A stretch of 35,634 nt of DNA from Ignavibacteriales bacterium (lineage in GTDB: Bacteria > Bacteroidota > Ignavibacteria > UBA10030 > UBA6906), in contig JBBIRR010000040.1 of NCBI GenBank assembly GCA_037441705.1, forward strand, positions 1 through 35,634, read 5' to 3'. Every line of letters starts with the position of its first letter. The first letter of the stretch is position 1. The position numbers and the translations under genes are program-made. Positions 30,901 to 35,634 of the stretch are shown piece after piece. The notes under the pieces are model-generated. The model did not search any database. It was not told where the DNA came from and saw only the letters and a list, made by a program, of their open reading frames with translations.

Positions 30901-31123
30901 TTGAATCTTGAAGGATCGTGGTGATGTAGTGACTTGGAAGCCCGTGCTCTACGGTCAGGCGACGGAAGAGGGTGGATTGAGCATGAAGGGTGCTGCCGAG
31001 CAATGCAAGCGCGATGAAACAGAACGCCGGAGCGGCGGGCCTCAGGGTGTTGCACGCGAAGGAGTTCCGGCGGGCATTCGCACGGGATACGCGATCAGTT
31101 ATCCCTGATGAAGCAAATTGCAT
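27980..31123 (-). CDS. Sensor histidine kinase: Reg_prop beta-propellers + Y_Y_Y + TM + HisKA_3 + HATPase
   Basis: Repeated D-x-x-G-x-(L/M)W(I/V)GT-x-x-GL, QYAYRM/FTNLDDGTY, TM after PPFWRTWWF, IASDLHDDIG, NITKHA, DNGRGF and GNGL. Confidence 0.95.
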   Translation of the reverse strand: MQFASSGITDRVSRANARRNSFACNTLRPAAPAFCFIALALLGSTLHAQSTLFRRLTVEHGLPSHYITTILQDSKGFMWFGTDAGLCRYDGRSFKLFKNIPADTTSLASNSIWSLFEDGEANLWIGTYSGGLNKLDLKTERITRMVHAAAIPAALNDVPIKALFVDGTTLWIGTFGAGLGMLDLSTNAFHHFTHDSLDPGSIADNVIFCILRDHAGTMWVGTASGLCAYEPSRQTFTRYAHDPKNPRSLSNNIVVTVLEDHRGRLWVGTKNGLNVLDRSSGNFTRFGTALSNTVIYAIGAHYTRTDTSLWIGTDGGGLNRYDEARQSFTTFINAPLDAASISDNNITCMFTDRSGTLWIGTLQGGANRIDTERKNVRHWRHSPGNPNSLPRGGVYSLAQDSAGTFWIGTYTGGLCSYEAQRGLFQQYDRATEHGLASSDISALITDRFGVLWVGTSGDGLLKFDARTKRFVPFSAIPSNQRRLLGVAIDELIEDRNGLIWIGTMGRGLNMYDPRTDVLVRYLPNPAVPQSLSHNRVTVVRQSRDGSLWVGTEGGGLNKFDPGTRTFTHFRARALDTTSLSDDLVYAVHEDRHGFVWVGTANGLNRYDPATGVFKRYFVRDGLASDYIKGILEDGKGNLWLITARGISRLSADRTGIVNFDYHDGFINYGFTDACVVSLTGHILVGGSEGVDLFHPDSLVENTTAPAIVLTEFTVYNTPYSLPQAMAFTHEIPSLAWNQNFFSIAFAVLDFTNPDRNQYAYRMTKEGDPRWVSSGTEPFANFTNLDDGTYVFTASGANNNGVWNTEGVRLRITIKPPFWRTWWFIALMIAVLVAILAIIYNVRVAHLLRIERLRVRIASDLHDDIGSSLSAIALMTDMVGRKLPPDSPERDRLASATAVTRSAADALKDIVWLINPEHEKLEDLLLRMKDAAAKLLANIHHTFDADEQNLAGTLDMDLRRNIILIYKEILNNITKHAQATNVQIRVRTSDGQFQLCVQDNGRGFDEATVTRGNGLNNLHTRAAKIGGSLAITSSPGKGTSVELLVKIP

Positions 31124-31156
31124 GGGAGTGGAACGATGGAGGTGAGTGCCGCAGAT

Positions 31157-31185
31157 ATGCTAATCATTCACGCATCGAAAATCAA
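31157..31185 (-). promoter_or_regulatory. Putative sigma70 promoter of the kinase operon
   Basis: Minus strand reads TTGATT-17 bp-TAGCAT, ending 33 bp upstream of the ATG. Confidence 0.5.
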
Positions 31186-31246
31186 GGCGAGGCGTAGCGC
31201 GTAATCCTCTGATACGCGCAACAACCGTGGGAAGTCTGCACACACG

Positions 31247-31282
31247 TCGGAAGGGCTCGATGTTGCAGCCGAACCCTTCCGA
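31247..31282. repeat. 13 bp inverted repeat (stem-loop), terminator- or REP-like
   Basis: TCGGAAGGGCTCG-10 nt-CGAACCCTTCCGA. The single mismatch is a G-U pair on the minus strand. No U-tract follows. Confidence 0.7.
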
Positions 31283-31306
31283 TTGGGGACACTCACACGC
31301 AGCGCG

Positions 31307-31747
31307 CTATGAACTCGCTGCTTTCGGTTCTGACTTATAAATCATTCCTGTTACGACTCCCATCACGGCGCAAATGACGAAGGTTGCAATTCCCCAGGCG
31401 AGAATGACCTTCCCTTGATACGGGAAGAAAACATGATCCAGGAACATCTTGGGGAATCCAACGATCGCTCCCATGAGCATGCCGTACCGAAAGCCTTCGA
31501 TGAATCCGCCCTTTCCCTCTATCCCCTTGGTATAGATGTATGCGAAGAGTCCCGAGAAGAGAAGATACCCCACATACAGCCAGTGAATCCTCGTGTTCAT
31601 GTCGGCTTCGGATCGCCAGTAGTTCGGGAACTCCTGGTACCATCCTGTCAAGAGCACGCCGTGCACGATGAGGTTGAGCGCGGTCATGACGACGAAGGAC
31701 GCGACCGTTGCCATGATCCACTGTTTGACGTTGAGCTTGGTGCCCAT
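31307..31747 (-). CDS. Four-TM membrane protein (DUF1761-like)
   Basis: 146 aa, four hydrophobic segments, HGVLLTGWY and EGFRYG; strong AGGAGG SD. Confidence 0.7.
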   Translation of the reverse strand: MGTKLNVKQWIMATVASFVVMTALNLIVHGVLLTGWYQEFPNYWRSEADMNTRIHWLYVGYLLFSGLFAYIYTKGIEGKGGFIEGFRYGMLMGAIVGFPKMFLDHVFFPYQGKVILAWGIATFVICAVMGVVTGMIYKSEPKAASS

Positions 31748-31783
31748 GGTTCCTCCTATGAGTTGTTGTTGTGGATGACCCTT

Positions 31784-34700
31784 CTACGCGTACTCATCAC
31801 ACCGCAAAGTCTGATTGATGTCTCTGTGAAATCCGAGTGAGGCGAGAAGCGGTGCAAGCGGGCTCGCTGCGGCAGGCATGCCGTTGCACTGAACGACGGT
31901 CACATTCCTGAACGGTCTCATCGTCTCCGAAAGACCAAGCATGCCAACGAATTGGCGGAGACATGCTGCCACGTCGCTGCGCTCGGACTCATTTGCCGTC
32001 GTGAGGCGCGAGCCGTTGCCTTCGATGATCAGGATCGGTGTGCCGCGGGAGAAGCCGATCCAGTTTGTTTGAAGACGCGCGGGCGGCGATATGCTTGCAG
32101 AACGAAGGCTTCCGCTGAACGGATTCGCCGGGTCGCACGCGTTGACCAACATCGGTTCGTCGCTATGAAGGGGCTCGCTTCGAGTTGCATGCAGCATCTC
32201 AACAGCGGCGGGCAACGCGAACTGCATGCCCGAGAGTCCTTCCACGAAGTAGCCGCGACGGATTTCGGCGCGCATCTCCATCCGCTGCAGCTCTGCTGCA
32301 ATAAGCGTCCAGGGCAAAAGACTCTCTCTCCGATAAAACTCTCGCGCAACAATTCCATATCTACTCAACAAAAGAAGCGCCTGCGCCTCCGCCTGCTGTT
32401 CCGGCGAGAGCGCATGGCCGAGCACTGCGGGCGTTGCCACAAGCGACCAGCGTCCGCTCCAGCCGGGAATTTGTTTCAGCGCTCGTCGTACGGTTTGCAT
32501 GGCCCTGAAGCGGTACGGGTTGCGTCGGCCGGTGACGAGTTGGATAGGCTCTAACGGCTGACTGTCGGCAGAAGGTGCGGCGCGCTTGACGGCCAGGAGT
32601 TCGCCAAAGGCGTCGTTTGTGACCCGTCCGTTCCAGAATAACTCAGCGAGGCCGTTGTTCAACGCGGCGAGAGAGAGGCGCGTGCCGGTGCGAATATCGC
32701 TCAGGAACGACGCTCCGTTCGCCGTCAGGTAATGAATGATGCGCCGCCCCGCTTCCGAGAGCGCGTCCTGCGCGTCGCTGTCGGGGGCAAGCAGGAAGGC
32801 GTTTCCCTCGCCGCGTAAAAGACACTGGAGCTTGCCGGGACCCGCGCCGACCCACACAACCGTTCCGGCCGCGGTTAACGACGCCACCTGCTCGCGCGCA
32901 TAGTCGTGCATCCGACGGTGAAGAATCTCTCGCTCCCACATCTCGACCGGCAGGGGCAAGGCTTGCATCTGCTCGATGATCTGTTCCAATCCCATCGCTC
33001 CGCGCACGCGGGTGGATGGATGGAGCTTCTGCCAGCGGAAGAGAAACTCGGTGAACTCCGCAAGCGACGAGGGCGTGATCTCTTTTCGGAGGATGGCAAT
33101 CGTCTGACGGTGGACCCGTTCGAGGTTTGGGCGGAAGATGAACTGTTCGTCCGCAGCAGCCGTGGGCCTGAACTTTCCCCGAACGACATCTTTAGACACC
33201 GCCAGTTCTCGCAGCACCTCTTCCACCGCCTCCGGCGCGAGGCCGTAGCGCGCGGCAAGCTCCTGCGTCGTCACGGGTCCGTGGCTCCGCATGTAGCGGC
33301 GAACGATCCGCGAGATGGTTGAGCGCGATTCGATCCGGCTGTAGAGCGGCTGTTCCTCGCCCGCGATCCATCGTGGTCCTGAGGGGAACGTCATGCGCAC
33401 AGCGCGACCGTCCCGTTCGAGGGCCTCCAGCAGCGAGCGATCACCACCTTCAACCCGAGACGTAATCTCTTGCTCGGAGAGATCGCCCACCCGAAGCAGA
33501 ATCTCGTACAACTCTTCGGGCGATCGTGCCTTGTATCCCTCTGCCGAGTGCTGCAACTGTTGCTCGATGAGTTCGATGGCTTCGGGTCGGAGCATGGGGC
33601 CGAGCGTCTCGAGATCGACGACTTCGGCAAGTAGTTCGCGGTTGACTTCCAAGTAGCGGCTGAGTTTGTCCGTCTTCGGTTCATCCCATTCGTACATGTA
33701 CACCTGGATGAAATCGAAGAGCAGACTCGCAGCGAACGGCGAGGGGACTTCCGTCTGGACGGTGCTGATGTGGATCGTCCCCTCGACAATACGGGTGATG
33801 ATCTCCTTGAAATGCTCGAAGTCGAGAACATCGTTGAGCACGTCGCGCAGGGTCTCGATGACGATCGGGAAATCGCTGAAGCGACGGGCGATGTCCAGCA
33901 GGTCCTTGGCGCGCAGACGCTGCAGCCAGAGCGGCGTGCGTTTGCCCGGGGCGATTTTGGGCAGCAGCAATGCCCGCGCCGCGTTGATGCGGAACTGCCC
34001 GCCGAAGAGAGGGGAGGCAAGGAGATCGTTCAGCACCACCTCCTCTGCTTCTGCGAGCGTCACGTCGTCGAACAGACGCAGCGGCAGTTCATCAACATCC
34101 GGGCAGCGGAGGAGGATGCCGTCGTCGTTGTAGAGCATCTGCGGCTCGGCGCCGACGAGAGCGGCGAGGCGATGAGAACAGAGAACCCCAAGCAACCCGT
34201 TGATTCTTCGTCCGAAGGAAGAGTGCACAACGATGCGCGGGTCGCCCAGCTCGTCTCGAAATCCCTCCACAACAATGAGGTCGTTATGGGGGATGACGCC
34301 CGCCGTTTGTTTCTGTTTGATGAAGTACTGCTGGATGTTCCACGCGCTGCGCGCGTCAATGGGGAACTCACGCTGGAGCCACGTCAAGCAATCGCGCGTA
34401 TCGATGCGGCGGCTCATTTCTTTTCTAAAATTGCCCACGCGTACGGAGAGTTCATAGCTGCGACCGATACCCTCGCCGCGCCAGAAGGGCATGCGTGCCG
34501 GCATGCCGGGCGCGGGCGTTACCCTCAGGCTGTTCGCATCAATCTCGACGATGCGCCAGACGTTCGTGCCGAGAATGAACGTGTCGCCCGCGCGGCTTTC
34601 ATGGACAAACTCTTCATCCACCTCGCCGACTCTCGTCTTGCCGTCTTCGAGGTAGACGGCGTAGTAGCCGCGGTCGGCGATGGTTCCGCCGTTGGTGATT

Positions 34701-35634
34701 GCAAGGTGTGCGCTGCCCGGAAGCGCTCGAAGCGTGTTGTTCACCTTGTCCCACGAAATCCGCGCACGAAGCTCGCGGAACGCATCATATCGTCCGGAAA
34801 GCATGTGCAGCACGGCGTGGTAGAGATTTTCCGGCAGGTCGCGGTAGCACCACGAGCGGCGAACAAGGGCGAACAACGCATCAACGTCCCATTCGTCCAC
34901 GCTGACCATGGCAACAATCTGCTGGGCCAGAACGTCAAGACAGTTTTCGGGAACGGCGGTCGGTTCGACATCGTGTTCCATCATTGCTTTTGCAACCACG
35001 GCCGATTCGACCAAATCCTCGCGGAAAGTGGGAATGATACGTCCCTTGCTTGTTGCTGCAACAGCATGCCCCGAACGCCCGACACGCTGCAATCCGCGAG
35101 CAACGCCCTTGGGTGATTGGAGTTGAATCACAAGATCAATGCTGCCGATATCAATCCCCAATTCGAGAGAAGAAGTGGCGACAAGACAGCGGAGCTTGCC
35201 AGCTTTCAGGTCCGCCTCCATCCGTTCGCGCGCCGTTCTCGACATCGAACCATGATAGGCCAGCACGACATCCTCGGACCGCTGCGGCTTCGCCGTTTCG
35301 ACGTGCGACGTAGGATGTTCCGCCCCGATCACCGTCGGCACAGCATACATGTTGAACGATCGCCCCTGGCCGGAGCCGTTGTTGTTCTCTCCCATCAACA
35401 TTTCGTTCAGCTTTGCGGCAACACGCTCGGCCAATCGGCGGTTGTTCACAAAGATGAGCGTCGTGGTATGTTTGCGAATCTGCTCCAACAGCTCGGCGAA
35501 CACCAGCGGCCAGACACTTTCGGCAGGAAGGTCGGCGAAATCCGGCGGGGGACATTCCACGAGGAGGTTCATGTGTTTTTTTCTTCCCGCATCAACAATC
35601 ACCACGTCACGTGGTTTCAGGTGTCCGTTTTCCC
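31784..35634 (-). CDS. lhr: Long-form Lhr helicase (5' end outside window)
   Basis: Frame is open to the window edge. LIFVNNRRLAE, YHGSMS, VATSSLELGIDIG, QRVGRSGH, LDVLAQQ and PFWRGE; C-terminal RRGYFVEGLSGMQFA and DPANP of the Lhr CTD. Confidence 0.93.
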   Translation of the reverse strand, partial: ENGHLKPRDVVIVDAGRKKHMNLLVECPPPDFADLPAESVWPLVFAELLEQIRKHTTTLIFVNNRRLAERVAAKLNEMLMGENNNGSGQGRSFNMYAVPTVIGAEHPTSHVETAKPQRSEDVVLAYHGSMSRTARERMEADLKAGKLRCLVATSSLELGIDIGSIDLVIQLQSPKGVARGLQRVGRSGHAVAATSKGRIIPTFREDLVESAVVAKAMMEHDVEPTAVPENCLDVLAQQIVAMVSVDEWDVDALFALVRRSWCYRDLPENLYHAVLHMLSGRYDAFRELRARISWDKVNNTLRALPGSAHLAITNGGTIADRGYYAVYLEDGKTRVGEVDEEFVHESRAGDTFILGTNVWRIVEIDANSLRVTPAPGMPARMPFWRGEGIGRSYELSVRVGNFRKEMSRRIDTRDCLTWLQREFPIDARSAWNIQQYFIKQKQTAGVIPHNDLIVVEGFRDELGDPRIVVHSSFGRRINGLLGVLCSHRLAALVGAEPQMLYNDDGILLRCPDVDELPLRLFDDVTLAEAEEVVLNDLLASPLFGGQFRINAARALLLPKIAPGKRTPLWLQRLRAKDLLDIARRFSDFPIVIETLRDVLNDVLDFEHFKEIITRIVEGTIHISTVQTEVPSPFAASLLFDFIQVYMYEWDEPKTDKLSRYLEVNRELLAEVVDLETLGPMLRPEAIELIEQQLQHSAEGYKARSPEELYEILLRVGDLSEQEITSRVEGGDRSLLEALERDGRAVRMTFPSGPRWIAGEEQPLYSRIESRSTISRIVRRYMRSHGPVTTQELAARYGLAPEAVEEVLRELAVSKDVVRGKFRPTAAADEQFIFRPNLERVHRQTIAILRKEITPSSLAEFTEFLFRWQKLHPSTRVRGAMGLEQIIEQMQALPLPVEMWEREILHRRMHDYAREQVASLTAAGTVVWVGAGPGKLQCLLRGEGNAFLLAPDSDAQDALSEAGRRIIHYLTANGASFLSDIRTGTRLSLAALNNGLAELFWNGRVTNDAFGELLAVKRAAPSADSQPLEPIQLVTGRRNPYRFRAMQTVRRALKQIPGWSGRWSLVATPAVLGHALSPEQQAEAQALLLLSRYGIVAREFYRRESLLPWTLIAAELQRMEMRAEIRRGYFVEGLSGMQFALPAAVEMLHATRSEPLHSDEPMLVNACDPANPFSGSLRSASISPPARLQTNWIGFSRGTPILIIEGNGSRLTTANESERSDVAACLRQFVGMLGLSETMRPFRNVTVVQCNGMPAAASPLAPLLASLGFHRDINQTLRCDEYA

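Noticed and set aside
15941-35116. Other long alternative ORFs (15941-17071, 17960-18946, 22562-23812, 33770-35116)
   Set aside because: They are antisense shadows of uvrC, the secreted proteins and lhr.
14255-35634. Uma2 plus Lhr (and the deaminase) as an anti-phage defence system
   Set aside because: The genes are far apart in separate transcription units among housekeeping genes, with no defence-island context.

Overview
A 35.6 kb, GC-rich, gene-dense bacterial chromosomal segment. The lineage is probably Ignavibacteria/Chlorobi-like (FCB group). This is inferred from the QN(Y/F)PNPFNP C-terminal sorting domains, the long SecA, canonical TTG-17-TAnnnT promoters and clear Shine-Dalgarno use. 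Housekeeping genes are dacB, secA, glnB, era, mce, uvrC and a 5'-truncated long-form Lhr helicase. Between them lie a minus-strand SGNH/TauE/FCY1-like deaminase/small membrane protein cluster, an EamA transporter, a Uma2 endonuclease and four secreted proteins with a T9SS-type/FlgD-like C-terminal domain (an M1 aminopeptidase, two Asp-box beta-propellers, and a ~1750 aa duplicated beta-helix protein). There is also a beta-propeller sensor kinase / lipoprotein / NarL regulator cassette. I found no rRNA, tRNA, CRISPR array, transposase, integrase or reverse transcriptase. The best leads are a possible three-component signalling system, a heptamer repeat inside a sorting domain, an SGNH protein missing its catalytic DxxH block, a stand-alone Rho-N protein, and two structured intergenic leaders. 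All calls come from reading the sequence by eye; no database search was run.
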